IMG/VR virus record: IMGVR_UViG_3300007712_000002
Coordinates: 28,504-92,503 of that record
Length of the DNA: 64,000 nt
Direction: 5' to 3' (one strand)
From: a virus
Shown: positions 9,708-20,001 of the stretch, piece by piece
Position numbering within the stretch: the stretch's first letter is position 1
How the letters are laid out: every line of letters begins with the position of its first letter
Notes under the pieces: model-generated
The model's database searches: none
What the model was told of the DNA's origin: nothing
What the model saw: only the letters and a program-made list of their open reading frames with translations
Position numbers and translations under genes: made by a program

Positions 9708-10718
9708 ATGCATTTCTTTGTGGAGTTTATTCGCAACCGAACCGTCGGTTGGCGGCCCAGTAGTTCAGGCTGGGTGACAGGAAACTGTCCTGTTTGTGTT
9801 CGCATGGGTGAACCTCGTCCTGATACAAAACAACGTGGTGGTTTTCAATTCTCTGATAATGAATGGGTTTATCATTGCTTCAATTGTGGTTTTAAGACAG
9901 GTTGGTCCAAAGGTCATCGCATGAGTAGTGGTGTTCAGACTCTACTCTCGGGCATGGGATTCGATCGCAGCGATATACAACGTCTAAATATCGAATTGAT
10001 GCGTGAGGAAGAAACTGCAAATCTACTCAATCCGTTACCAGAAGAAAAACCTGCCTATACACCAGACTGGCCTGAAAGAAGCTTACCTGAAGGCACATCA
10101 CTAATATCAGACATTGCGCCAGTCAAAATGAACAAGAACTTTGAAGCTGGATTGGTTATGCTCAGTGATCGTCATCTTTTACATTGGCACGATTGGGCAT
10201 ATACTGATGCTGATTTCAAATATCGAAAACGTATCATCCTGCCTTATAGGTATAAAGGAAAGATAGTTGGCCACAATGCAAGATTTATTGGATCGCCGCC
10301 AGCTAATACACCCAAATATATAGTAATCAAGCCACCACATTTTGTTTTTAATCTTGACAGACAAAAGCCCGAACGGAATGCTGTGATTGTGGTGGAAGGA
10401 GATTTTGACGCCATAAGTATCGATGGTGTTGCACTTGGCACTAACAGTGTCAGCAATGAACAAGCTAGCTTGATCAACCAATTGAACAAGAAGACCGTGC
10501 TGTTACCAGATGCTGACAGGTCAGGTAATTCTCTAATTGGCCCTGCAATTGAGCAGGGATGGCATGTGAGCTTTCCAGAATGGATGGAGTTGTATAAAGA
10601 TGCAAACCAAGCCTGTGAAAAACTTGGTTCGCCTTTTGTATTAAAAAGCATATTGTCAAGCGCAACAGATAACCCAACCAAGATAAGAGTTTTGGCAAAA
10701 AGATTTCTCAAGGACTAA
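9708..10718 (+). CDS. DNA primase (gp61-like)
   Basis: Zn ribbon CPVC...HCFNCG; TOPRIM VEGDFDA and PDAD. Confidence 0.9.
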   Translation: MHFFVEFIRNRTVGWRPSSSGWVTGNCPVCVRMGEPRPDTKQRGGFQFSDNEWVYHCFNCGFKTGWSKGHRMSSGVQTLLSGMGFDRSDIQRLNIELMREEETANLLNPLPEEKPAYTPDWPERSLPEGTSLISDIAPVKMNKNFEAGLVMLSDRHLLHWHDWAYTDADFKYRKRIILPYRYKGKIVGHNARFIGSPPANTPKYIVIKPPHFVFNLDRQKPERNAVIVVEGDFDAISIDGVALGTNSVSNEQASLINQLNKKTVLLPDADRSGNSLIGPAIEQGWHVSFPEWMELYKDANQACEKLGSPFVLKSILSSATDNPTKIRVLAKRFLKD

Positions 10719-10719
10719 A

Positions 10720-11007
10720 TTGCAGGATATTAGAACATTTGATGAGTGGATTGATGAACCAAGATGGTCCTGGTATTATACTCCATTATGGCGCTGTCAT
10801 GCCGTAAGAGTAGAGATACATGAATTAACTTCTACGTCTCGTTTATATCAGTCTGGTGGTTCACTTATGTCAACAAGTCAACTCAGACCCGACCTTATAG
10901 TATACCACATTTATTTTACACCAGAAGAGTTTGTGATGTGGAAATTAGAATCTAATGCATTGAATTATGACAAAACAAATATAGACCAAGGATATGTTTA
11001 CAGTTAA
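10720..11007 (+). CDS. Hypothetical protein
   Basis: ORF between primase and helicase; FTPEEFVMWKL. Confidence 0.5.
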   Translation: MQDIRTFDEWIDEPRWSWYYTPLWRCHAVRVEIHELTSTSRLYQSGGSLMSTSQLRPDLIVYHIYFTPEEFVMWKLESNALNYDKTNIDQGYVYS

Positions 11008-12383
11008 TGGCTGAAGAATACAATACAGAGTTACAAAGACTATACCTAGAATTCCTAGTAAGTGATCACGAATTATTTGTGCGTTGCAATTCAATTCTGG
11101 ATGAAAGTTATTTTGACCGCAGCATACGTGATAGTGTTAAATTTCTCCGCGAGTATGCTGATGAATATGGTGCGGTTCCTGAGATCAAACAAATAAGAGC
11201 AAAAACAGGTCTGGAATTACAAGACATTGGCAAAGCTGGCGCAGACCATCGTAATTGGTTCCTAGATGATTTTGAACGATTTTGCCGACACAAAGCCCTT
11301 GAAGCAGCTATCCTGCAATCCACAGACAAGTTAGAACGTAAGGAATATGGTGCAGTTGAGGAATTAATCAAACAGGCAGTCCAAATTGGTCTAGCAAAAG
11401 AACTAGGTACCGACTATTGGGAAAATCCGGCAGAACGACTACAGCGTATCATGGAACGCAAGGGTGGAACCAGCACAGGCTGGTCCACGGTTGATTATTA
11501 CTTATACGGCGGCTTCAATCGTGGAGAGCTCAATATTTTTGCTGGAGGAAGCGGCGCGGGCAAGTCACTCTTCCTTCAAAACCTAGCAATCAATTGGGTT
11601 GAAAAAGGATTCAATGTTGTTTACGTGAGTCTCGAACTCAGCGAAGACTTGTGTGCAATGAGACTTGATAGCATGATTACTGGTTTGCAAACCAAAGAGC
11701 TATTCAAGAACATGGAGGACGTTGCGCTCAAAGTTAGCATGAAGAGCAAGAAGTCAGGCAAGTTGCAAATTGTGCAGTTGCCCAATGGCATCAATGTCAA
11801 TGATCTCCGTGCTTATATTAAAGAATATCAGATCCAAAACGACATCCGAGTCGACGCTATCCTAGTTGACTATTTGGATCTTATGATGCCAGCAAAGGCT
11901 AAGGTAAGTGCCGACAACGTGTTTCTCAAGGATAAGCACGTATCAGAAGAATTGCGCAACTTTGCAATGGAAGGTGATTACCTCTTTGCTACGGCAAGCC
12001 AGCTAAACCGTGGTGCTGTTGATGAAGTAGAGTTTGACCACAGCCACATATCAGGTGGATTGAGTAAGATTCAGACAGCAGACAACGTGATTGGTATTTT
12101 CTCCAGTCGTGCCATGCGCGAGCGTGGACGAGTTCAGATACAGTTTATGAAAACTCGTTCAAGCAGCGGTGTTGGACAAAAGGTTGACTTGGGATTTGAT
12201 CTTGATAGTCTTAGAATACGAGATTTGGAAGAAGATGAGGATGATGCTGAAACAGTAACCGGCAATGCTCTTTATGAAAAGCTAGCTAAAAAGCCAAAAG
12301 AAACTGAAGATCGGGTTGATCGAACCGAAAGAGCTATAAACAATGGTGACAAACTAAAGGCCATACTAAAAAGAAGCGAGTGA
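11007..12383 (+). CDS. Replicative DnaB/gp41-like helicase
   Basis: AGGSGAGKS, SLE, VDYLDL, TASQLNR, KTR motifs. Confidence 0.92.
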   Translation: MAEEYNTELQRLYLEFLVSDHELFVRCNSILDESYFDRSIRDSVKFLREYADEYGAVPEIKQIRAKTGLELQDIGKAGADHRNWFLDDFERFCRHKALEAAILQSTDKLERKEYGAVEELIKQAVQIGLAKELGTDYWENPAERLQRIMERKGGTSTGWSTVDYYLYGGFNRGELNIFAGGSGAGKSLFLQNLAINWVEKGFNVVYVSLELSEDLCAMRLDSMITGLQTKELFKNMEDVALKVSMKSKKSGKLQIVQLPNGINVNDLRAYIKEYQIQNDIRVDAILVDYLDLMMPAKAKVSADNVFLKDKHVSEELRNFAMEGDYLFATASQLNRGAVDEVEFDHSHISGGLSKIQTADNVIGIFSSRAMRERGRVQIQFMKTRSSSGVGQKVDLGFDLDSLRIRDLEEDEDDAETVTGNALYEKLAKKPKETEDRVDRTERAINNGDKLKAILKRSE

Positions 12384-12415
12384 CGGATAAATAATACTAG
12401 AAAAAGGACCCCGTC

Positions 12416-12688
12416 ATGGTGAAAAAGCGCACTCGCAGTATACTTGAGGAAATCAGTCGTATTGATATCCACAAGGATAAAGAGCACTTTATCGAATCCA
12501 AGGCCCGTAATGTTATCGCAGGCACTGAAAATCTATTGACTCTTATCAATGAGACATATGATGAAGACACGGCACACGATTTGACCAAAAGACTGCTAAA
12601 TGCTATTCGCACACAGGATCCAAAAAAGTTTGAGCGAGGCATAAGGAAGGTCAATGAAAGTCGAAGATATCCTAAGCGGAGGTCATAA
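12416..12688 (+). CDS. Hypothetical late protein
   Basis: TAAATA at about 12389; ORF. Confidence 0.7.
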   Translation: MVKKRTRSILEEISRIDIHKDKEHFIESKARNVIAGTENLLTLINETYDEDTAHDLTKRLLNAIRTQDPKKFERGIRKVNESRRYPKRRS

Positions 12689-13562
12689 ACGACGCAGCCG
12701 TCGTGGACCACGAAAAGGCAGAATTAAAGGCATTGAACTCGCTCCAATCAAGTTGCGTGAAGGCGGTCATATGGATGGAGTTGGTGCTATTCACATTGAT
12801 GAGATCAAACCAACACTTCAGAAACTTGAACGTGACTTGGGTATTGATCTTCAAAATAATGTTCTTGGCAGCGTAGGAAAGAAAGAATTTAGCGGCGATA
12901 TTGACGTCGCAATTCATATCAAACCAGAAGATTTTGAAAAATTCAAATCACAAGTAGAAAAGTCGCCTATTGTTGATGACACTGTAAAAGGTCCTCTTGT
13001 GCTTATGAGCCGTGTTCAAATTCAAAACTACGATCCTGAACTCAGCACAGATAAAAAGCGCACAGGATATGTGCAAGTTGATTACATGATGGATGAAGAT
13101 CCAGAATGGCTCAAAACGTTTTATCATGCGCCAAGTGAAAAAGAAAGCCGCTATAAAGGAGCTCATCGTAATATTGCAATTGGTGCCCTAAGCCAGTTTG
13201 TTGATCGTGAAGAAGGATCAGAAAAAACTCCTGATGGTCGTCCTGTTGAAGTAGAACGCTATATGTTCTCAAGCACCAAGGGCCTGGTCCGTGTCCGTCG
13301 TCGACTCAAGCCGCGTAAAGATGGCAAGGGCTATACCAAAGCCTGGGAGAATGAAGTAATTGGCGGGCCTTGGAAAACAGGCGATGAGATTGCTGAAAAA
13401 TTGGGACTTGGCACAGCAAAAGACCTTAATAGTTTTGAAACAATTTTTTCAGCAATCAAGAAAAATCATCCCCGCCTAGTTAAGCCTTTCGCACAGGCTA
13501 TAGCAGCAGACAAGACAATCCAAGATATGGGTGTGCCAGACGAGATCAAAGAGTATCTATGA
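12654..13562 (+). CDS. Pol-beta-superfamily nucleotidyltransferase-like protein
   Basis: LGSVGKKEFSGDIDV and VQVD acidic motif. Confidence 0.6.
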   Translation: MKVEDILSGGHKRRSRRGPRKGRIKGIELAPIKLREGGHMDGVGAIHIDEIKPTLQKLERDLGIDLQNNVLGSVGKKEFSGDIDVAIHIKPEDFEKFKSQVEKSPIVDDTVKGPLVLMSRVQIQNYDPELSTDKKRTGYVQVDYMMDEDPEWLKTFYHAPSEKESRYKGAHRNIAIGALSQFVDREEGSEKTPDGRPVEVERYMFSSTKGLVRVRRRLKPRKDGKGYTKAWENEVIGGPWKTGDEIAEKLGLGTAKDLNSFETIFSAIKKNHPRLVKPFAQAIAADKTIQDMGVPDEIKEYL

Positions 13563-14662
13563 GAATACGTCACCTAATAGAAGCTGACCGCAAAAAGATG
13601 GGCAGGGACCTCAATCACATTGAGGACCTTGTTTTCTTCTATGGAAGTGATGGAGCACAAGAGGCCCTAGAAATACTTCAAGATTTGACAGATGATGATC
13701 GTCATGATCTCAGCATTAAGTGGGATGGCAAGGTTGCGTTGTTTTATGGGCGTGATGAGGATGGTGTGTTCGGAATGGGGACAAAAGGCAATTGGGCCAA
13801 GAACATGCCCATGACAAGCCCAGAGGCAGCCTATGAGTATATTACAACGGCAGGCAAGGGAGAAGACTGGCGGAAAGAAATGGGACAGGATTTCATCAAG
13901 ATATTCCCCATGCTTGAAAACAGTGTGCCACAAAACTTCAGTGGATATGTGACTGGCGATTTGATTTTTTCACCAGTGTTAGCACCCAAGAAAAAAACAC
14001 CAGAAGGTATCCAGTTCAAGAGCAATCAGGTTGTTTACACGGTTGATCCTCAGAGTGAACTTGGCAAGCGTGTAGCACAGGCTGAAGTTGGAATGGCCCT
14101 GCACCTTAAATTTGATTCATGGAATAGTTCAAATAAAGCTGTGATCGGACAAGATACAGTAAAACAGTTGAATTCGCCACAAGTATTGGCACTAGGACAA
14201 ACGTATGCACCCAGCGCACCACGTTTGGACGACAGCGTTCTCAAGAAACTCTCCAGTATGATACAAAAGAACAGCCACGCAATTGATAGTTTAATTGAAC
14301 GTCGCGCCGGACTGAGCGATATACCAAATATCATATACACATTTAATAATCAAATGACTAGAGCAGGCAAAGCAAACGATGTTTCAACACAAGAGTTTTT
14401 CGAGTGGCTTTCTGGAAGCAAAGTAAGTGCTAACAAACAAGCCAAACTAGCTGCAATAAACGAAGAAAATCCTCGTGCTTTCCCAGCACTTTTTGAGTTA
14501 GTTCGTGCAGTTGCTGATGCAAAGAACAATATCATTGATCAGTTAGAAGCCGCTACGACAGATATTCGAGCATCAACAGACGGACAGGCCGGGGGCGAAG
14601 GCTATGTAAGCCTTAAACACAAAGTAAAATTGGTTCCACGCCATCGTTGGCGACCAAGTTAA
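13559..14662 (+). CDS. Ligase-like covalent nucleotidyltransferase-fold protein (DUF6267-like)
   Basis: HIED, KWDG, GDL, GEGYV...KLVPR motifs. Confidence 0.55.
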   Translation: MRIRHLIEADRKKMGRDLNHIEDLVFFYGSDGAQEALEILQDLTDDDRHDLSIKWDGKVALFYGRDEDGVFGMGTKGNWAKNMPMTSPEAAYEYITTAGKGEDWRKEMGQDFIKIFPMLENSVPQNFSGYVTGDLIFSPVLAPKKKTPEGIQFKSNQVVYTVDPQSELGKRVAQAEVGMALHLKFDSWNSSNKAVIGQDTVKQLNSPQVLALGQTYAPSAPRLDDSVLKKLSSMIQKNSHAIDSLIERRAGLSDIPNIIYTFNNQMTRAGKANDVSTQEFFEWLSGSKVSANKQAKLAAINEENPRAFPALFELVRAVADAKNNIIDQLEAATTDIRASTDGQAGGEGYVSLKHKVKLVPRHRWRPS

Positions 14663-14673
14663 GGAGAAGACAG

Positions 14674-15111
14674 ATGGCAGAAGGCAAAGGACTCGTGTCA
14701 TGGCTTAAAGCCAATGCTGGTGCAATACTAATACCACTAGCATCAGGTGCAATTGCATTGGTAGTTTCATATGGTTCATCAATCGAAGAAGAAACGCGGC
14801 TTTATAATCGTGTTAGTCAATTAGAGGCAGCAGTTTCATCTCTTGAGAATCAAGACAATGAATTTGACGAAGATATTGACGATCTAGAAGATTTGGTTGA
14901 CGATAAAAGCAGAGCAGTTGAACAGATGGTTATCAGTGAGGGCCGTGATCTTGAACGCAGCATAATTAGATTGGAAGGACGTGTTGAAAATCTTAATCGA
15001 CGCTTGACTTTTCTTGATGGTATTGGTGGTCCAGTCTATGGTCCAACTTATGAAAATTACAGCGTTGACCCATCTAATGACAACATGACACAGCCCTCAG
15101 AAACGGAATAA
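14674..15111 (+). CDS. Membrane-anchored coiled-coil protein
   Basis: N-terminal TM segment then heptad repeats. Confidence 0.65.
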   Translation: MAEGKGLVSWLKANAGAILIPLASGAIALVVSYGSSIEEETRLYNRVSQLEAAVSSLENQDNEFDEDIDDLEDLVDDKSRAVEQMVISEGRDLERSIIRLEGRVENLNRRLTFLDGIGGPVYGPTYENYSVDPSNDNMTQPSETE

Positions 15112-15112
15112 A

Positions 15113-15820
15113 ATGGAATTAAAACTTATTACAGAATTTAACGAAAGCACACAGTATAGAAGCAAAAGTGCCTTCCGCCAGACTGATGCTCGCACAGTCT
15201 GTGATCATGCCTTCATGGACATGATTGCTTTGTGGATTCTATACAACGAAAACGAGTTTGCTCCTTGGGCATTGGAATATGCTAGTCGCACAGTTCAGTT
15301 CAATCGCTTTACTAACTATCGCCAAATGGGCACAGACCTTTATCTCAATTTGCATGTGATTACTGAAAAAAGAACAGATCTTCTCGGAATGAATGACAAG
15401 GATCTAATCATGCTTGACCGCGTCCAACTTGATGTTCCTAATATTGTTCGTTATCTTCGCATGATGTCACAGAACAATATAAACCAAGGAATGGCGAGAA
15501 TGACACTGCAAAAACTTGAACATTCCCTGCACATCAATAATTCAAATTATCGCAGTGTGCGTCGTATTGCACAAAATTGGCCCAATCTTGCAACTAATCA
15601 GAAGCGCATGGTAATCACACGTATGAATTTCTTTTATCAGATGAATGCCCGTCGTTCTGAAGTATTCAAGCAAATTAAATTGCTTGGTAAGAGTCAAGGC
15701 CTAATAGCAAAAGATGCAAATAATCCAGAGATACCCTTTGCTGCTAAAGCAGCGGCCGCCGCCGCTGCTGGCGCTACTGGATATGCAATAGGCCACAGGA
15801 TTGGTAAAAGTCTTCTATGA
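15113..15820 (+). CDS. Hypothetical protein, likely virion
   Basis: 235-aa ORF in late operon. Confidence 0.7.
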   Translation: MELKLITEFNESTQYRSKSAFRQTDARTVCDHAFMDMIALWILYNENEFAPWALEYASRTVQFNRFTNYRQMGTDLYLNLHVITEKRTDLLGMNDKDLIMLDRVQLDVPNIVRYLRMMSQNNINQGMARMTLQKLEHSLHINNSNYRSVRRIAQNWPNLATNQKRMVITRMNFFYQMNARRSEVFKQIKLLGKSQGLIAKDANNPEIPFAAKAAAAAAAGATGYAIGHRIGKSLL

Positions 15821-16230
15821 CCCAACAAATATTAGCTTTCACTCTGGTTGATATCACAGATAGTGGCACAACCAGAGTCCGAGATAGCAATACAAAAGAA
15901 TATCATCAGCAACAAAATCTCAACGTTCTTTTGCAGACCATTGGATTGAGAGCGCAGCCGTTCGATCCAGAGGTTCAAATCCTTGAAAATGAATCACTAG
16001 ATAATATGGGATTTGGGGAATTTTTTGGAATCGACCCACAAAGAGTATGGTCATTGAAATTCCAAGTTGAACATGAAATGGCATGGAGCGATGGCGTTGA
16101 TCAATTAGCACTCCTCAAGCAAGATGCAAATGGTGTAGCAATTACTAGTGATCTAGACAACACAGTTGAATTTCCTATAAATGCGTTTGATACCCGGGAT
16201 AATGTAAATCTTTATTTTGCAATCAATTAA
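15817..16230 (+). CDS. Hypothetical protein, likely virion
   Basis: TLVDIT..G....QQ.N.N..LQTIGLRAQP pattern. Confidence 0.7.
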   Translation: MTQQILAFTLVDITDSGTTRVRDSNTKEYHQQQNLNVLLQTIGLRAQPFDPEVQILENESLDNMGFGEFFGIDPQRVWSLKFQVEHEMAWSDGVDQLALLKQDANGVAITSDLDNTVEFPINAFDTRDNVNLYFAIN

Positions 16231-16283
16231 CAGGCTACCTAATTTTTTAACAAGCCCAATAAATATGATTGTAAGGGAATTAG

Positions 16284-16580
16284 ATGACTACACCTTTTAA
16301 TAGCGAACTTGAGAAAAAGAATCTCGAAGTACACGTTGACATGGAACGTCAACGGTTTGCAATCCTATCTGAAAAAGTCGAGACGTTGGATGAACGCATG
16401 GATGCGGTTTTTAGTGAAATCGGTGATTTTCGCAAAGAACACGCAAAAAACATGCAACAGATACGAGAAGAAAATGCCCTTAACTCACAAGGAACACACA
16501 AGCTGTTCGTAGGAGCAGCAGCAACAGTAATTGGCGGACTCTTGAGCACTATTGTTGTTCTGTTAATTGCTTTTATATAA
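16284..16580 (+). CDS. Coiled-coil protein with C-terminal TM segment
   Basis: Late promoter; hydrophobic C-terminus. Confidence 0.65.
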   Translation: MTTPFNSELEKKNLEVHVDMERQRFAILSEKVETLDERMDAVFSEIGDFRKEHAKNMQQIREENALNSQGTHKLFVGAAATVIGGLLSTIVVLLIAFI

Positions 16581-16601
16581 AACACTCTTGCATTACAACT
16601 T

Positions 16602-16632
16602 GCGTCGCCTCTAGGGGCGGCGCCTTTTTATT
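16602..16632 (+). terminator. Rho-independent terminator
   Basis: GCGTCGCCTC-TA-GGGGCGGCGC followed by TTTTT. Confidence 0.75.
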
Positions 16633-16665
16633 AACGGATAGCATAAATACCCAAAAGGAAACGTT

Positions 16666-16950
16666 ATGAAACTGAATGATATTACGGGAGAGAGTGATTC
16701 ACTAGTCGAGACCAAAATGGTCTGGGCAAAGTCAGGTGGAAAAGTCGCCCGCAAATATCGTTGCACATTTGGAAAACGTAAAGGTCGTGTTGTAAGCGAT
16801 CCAAGCCAATGTAGCAAGCCAGTTGACATGAAAAAGCGTTTTACCCTGCGCCGCACCAAAGCGCAAAAAGGTAGTAGAATGACTCGCAAGGCACAACGCA
16901 CCAAACGCACAAATCCAGCGAGCAAGATGGTAAAGGCACTAAACAAATGA
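16666..16950 (+). CDS. Basic late protein with acidic N-terminal leader
   Basis: CATAAATAC promoter; K/R-rich body. Confidence 0.7.
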   Translation: MKLNDITGESDSLVETKMVWAKSGGKVARKYRCTFGKRKGRVVSDPSQCSKPVDMKKRFTLRRTKAQKGSRMTRKAQRTKRTNPASKMVKALNK

Positions 16951-17168
16951 CAGATATTGACAGACTACGCAAACTGAGTGGTATTTCAGAAGATAATGAC
17001 AATTCGACGCTAGAAAAAATCCAAAAAGGTATTAGTAACTACGTTCGTCAGGAAAATGATCATCATTGGCCTTTTGGTTTTGAGCGCGAGTTGGCTGAAT
17101 TTATTCAAGCTGAGTTGGAAAAAGATGAGACAGTTGATAATATGCCACAATGGGGAGAACGCACATGA
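16947..17168 (+). CDS. DIxRLRxLSG-motif small protein
   Basis: MTDIDRLRKLSGISE. Confidence 0.65.
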   Translation: MTDIDRLRKLSGISEDNDNSTLEKIQKGISNYVRQENDHHWPFGFERELAEFIQAELEKDETVDNMPQWGERT

Positions 17169-18244
17169 AACTTCTTGAAGCAATCGAAAGCACTTCAGTA
17201 AAAGATGCTATTCAAAAGATGGTAACTGATATGTTCAATGATGAGTTGGACGATAATCGTCTTGATCAAATTATTGATGGTCTTAGCCTTAGCGATCTAC
17301 TTGCCCTTGACCAGGCCTATCAAGATGGCGACAAAGAAACAATTAGCAAAATACTTGGACCTTTTCCAAAATTGGAATACAGCATGGGCGCAGGCCGCCA
17401 ATCCAGCAGCGCAGCAAGCAACCGTCCAGCACCAAGAACCGCAGGCGGCCAGCAAGCAAGCAAAAAACCAGGGACGCAAAAAACAGTAAACACCAACCGT
17501 AACTATAGCAGCGGTGTCCAAAACGCTGTTACCACAAAGAATGTTGATGGTGAAAATGGAGACGATCCTGAAGCAATGGTTAAAGATGATGAACCAGTTG
17601 AAGAAACCAACAGTGGTTCATTCAATGACGAGCGATTCAATTCACATGAAGTTATCCGCGCCCTTGAAGGAATTGCAAGTGATGAAGAAGGCGATGATCC
17701 TGTGTTTTCATCAGGACTACAACAGCTAGCCAATCGCATTAATCAAAGCTATCCTGATAGTGTTACTATCGCAGAAATCGTTAACATGCTACAGGAACCA
17801 CAGCTAAGTTCTATTGATAAAGATGACGTCTTTTATGCCTTGCAAGCTAGTGGAATTATGGATATACAGATGGAAGCAAGCGTCGGCGCGCCTGACTATA
17901 ATCCAGCAGCAGGTCGCCATAACCAATTCCAAAATAGTGACGACGTGATTGTCACAAGTGGTGAATGGGAAGGTAAGACTGGCATGGTTCAATCAGTGCG
18001 CCCTAATAGTGTCACCGTTCGTCTCTATAACCACGATTTCTTAATGGACTTTGAGCCAGATGAGATCGAACACAATGACTATGCAGATAGCGATCAAGAA
18101 GAAGACAACATGCGTTTGAGTATGGGCGACGACGAATATGATCGTATACATGGCGACTTGGGTTACAAAGATGAGTCAGTAACCGAAAATGTTGATGTCG
18201 TCGACATGGTTAAATGGCTCAAGCGTAGAGCAGGGATTGAATAA
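17165..18244 (+). CDS. Acidic protein, likely head-associated, with KOW-like segment
   Basis: MKLLEAIES start; VIVTSGEWEGKTGMV; C-terminal WLKRRAGI. Confidence 0.7.
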   Translation: MKLLEAIESTSVKDAIQKMVTDMFNDELDDNRLDQIIDGLSLSDLLALDQAYQDGDKETISKILGPFPKLEYSMGAGRQSSSAASNRPAPRTAGGQQASKKPGTQKTVNTNRNYSSGVQNAVTTKNVDGENGDDPEAMVKDDEPVEETNSGSFNDERFNSHEVIRALEGIASDEEGDDPVFSSGLQQLANRINQSYPDSVTIAEIVNMLQEPQLSSIDKDDVFYALQASGIMDIQMEASVGAPDYNPAAGRHNQFQNSDDVIVTSGEWEGKTGMVQSVRPNSVTVRLYNHDFLMDFEPDEIEHNDYADSDQEEDNMRLSMGDDEYDRIHGDLGYKDESVTENVDVVDMVKWLKRRAGIE

Positions 18245-18468
18245 TGCGCAGTATTGTAACAAAAGGTGGTATTCCTACTTTTGTTTCCAAACATGAGTAT
18301 ACCTTTATTGAAGAAAACTTTGAACATGGAGACATGATTTATAAGAATGAACTTAACGAGCACGAAGCAGAAATTGCTAGAGTGCTAACTACTAGAGGAA
18401 TACTACAGCGTTTTAGTGATGCTGATAAAGGCATTTACTACACGCAAAATATCAATCGAGGAATTTAA
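18244..18468 (+). CDS. Hypothetical protein
   Basis: Coupled ORF. Confidence 0.65.
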   Translation: MRSIVTKGGIPTFVSKHEYTFIEENFEHGDMIYKNELNEHEAEIARVLTTRGILQRFSDADKGIYYTQNINRGI

Positions 18469-18648
18469 ATGTTACCAGTAGAACAGACCTGCCCTAAATG
18501 TCACGGACGATTCATGGGGAGCGATGTCATTGGATATCCATGTCCCAGCTGCACAGGAATAAGTGAGCAAAGCCTCATTGAGGCACTCACATCAATGAAC
18601 CAAATGTATTATCAGGAGGAAGAAAATGACAGACCAAGAACAGACTAA
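18469..18648 (+). CDS. Small zinc-ribbon protein (not in ORF track)
   Basis: MLPVEQTCPKCHG...YPCPSCTG, 59 aa, GAGG RBS. Confidence 0.55.
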   Translation: MLPVEQTCPKCHGRFMGSDVIGYPCPSCTGISEQSLIEALTSMNQMYYQEEENDRPRTD

Positions 18649-19228
18649 CGCAATGGCTAACATCCTTGGCAAACTGGGCCAAGTTGAAGAAGGCACATAC
18701 GAAAAGACTGGGGGAGGTGCATCTAACGAAGACACAGCAGCAATGGCTGATGTTTTGCGTAAATTACAAGAAACCACTGGTGCGTTTTCACAAGACATTG
18801 TGAATGAAAGCAAGAAGCAACCCGACTTGGGTGTTGCCGTTCAGGCGCAGCGCACAAAGGCTGGCGTCAGTGTCAGCCATTATGATATTCAGACCGAGAA
18901 GAAAACAGTCCATGAAGGTCTTACAAAAACATTCTATCATGTTGTTGACAACAAGACTGGAGAAATAGTTTATGAGGATCTTGGACTATTTGAAACTGCC
19001 ATGGGTATTGTAAAACATCTTCTCTATACCAACAACAGCCAAAAACTATCTCGACTCGTCGACCTTGATCAAGAATATGTCGGGGCAATGATGGAGACAT
19101 ATGGTTATAAAACAAGACTCAAGCGTATTGACGAAAGTTCAGTGAAGTATGATGTGACATCAGCCAAATATTCTAATGCTAAATCACGTCTCGGTGCTGT
19201 CAAGATGAAAATCCTCAAGGCTCTATAA
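18626..19228 (+). CDS. Hypothetical protein, likely virion
   Basis: 200-aa ORF with GGAGG RBS. Confidence 0.7.
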   Translation: MTDQEQTNAMANILGKLGQVEEGTYEKTGGGASNEDTAAMADVLRKLQETTGAFSQDIVNESKKQPDLGVAVQAQRTKAGVSVSHYDIQTEKKTVHEGLTKTFYHVVDNKTGEIVYEDLGLFETAMGIVKHLLYTNNSQKLSRLVDLDQEYVGAMMETYGYKTRLKRIDESSVKYDVTSAKYSNAKSRLGAVKMKILKAL

Positions 19229-19275
19229 CTAGGGCTTTCGCATAAATACATTACAGACAGTTACGGAGATCTGAT

Positions 19276-20001
19276 ATGATTCTAAAAGAATTTACAACAC
19301 GAGGCGGAACGAAGCTAGAAAAGCTTACTCGCGCCCTCAATGAAAATTACAATTATGATATTAACTTCAAGGGTATGACAGTCGCCCGCGCCGAGCGCCT
19401 AGCTGAGCGAGCACGCCTGAAAGTTGAAGAAAACAGTGATGTCAACAAACGCATTAAATTTGCAATGATTGCAGAGAGCCTCGATCTCTGGATGCAAGCA
19501 AACGTACAAAGTGAACTTACATCATTCAATTTAGCTGAAGGGCTTGATGACGAAAGCATGGAAGAAGCAAAAGTCATCCTTGCAGCAAAAGAATTAAGCG
19601 ATAAGATCCAGGGCATGATTGAAGATGCCGCAAAGATGCAGGTTCAAGACCTGCTTCCAATCGTTGATGCCATGAAAGCTGAATTGGGTGGAAGTGAGGC
19701 AGATGCCTTTGCTACATCCGCAGACGCAGCATTGGGCGGCCTAGTCGACACACTCAAGTCAGCCAAGGAAGAATATGACGGAGCAATTCAAGCTGCTCAA
19801 GGACAAGAACCAGCAACCGACATGGACAACTTTGACATGGACGGCGACATGGGCGACATGGGCGATGAAATGGACACAGACATGGACAACTTTGACATGG
19901 ACGGCGGCGATGATATGGAAGTTGACGATGAATTTGGTGGTGATGATGCAAATGTTGCTGATGACGAACCAACCGGACGTGAGATGAAAGACGAGATCTA
20001 A
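19276..20001 (+). CDS. Scaffold/prohead-core-like acidic helical protein
   Basis: Late promoter; D/M/G-rich C-terminus. Confidence 0.6.
   Translation: MILKEFTTRGGTKLEKLTRALNENYNYDINFKGMTVARAERLAERARLKVEENSDVNKRIKFAMIAESLDLWMQANVQSELTSFNLAEGLDDESMEEAKVILAAKELSDKIQGMIEDAAKMQVQDLLPIVDAMKAELGGSEADAFATSADAALGGLVDTLKSAKEEYDGAIQAAQGQEPATDMDNFDMDGDMGDMGDEMDTDMDNFDMDGGDDMEVDDEFGGDDANVADDEPTGREMKDEI
19819..19906 (+). repeat. Intragenic direct repeat (DMDNFDMDG x2)
   Basis: GACATGGACAACTTTGACATGGACGGCG at 19819 and 19879. Confidence 0.8.
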
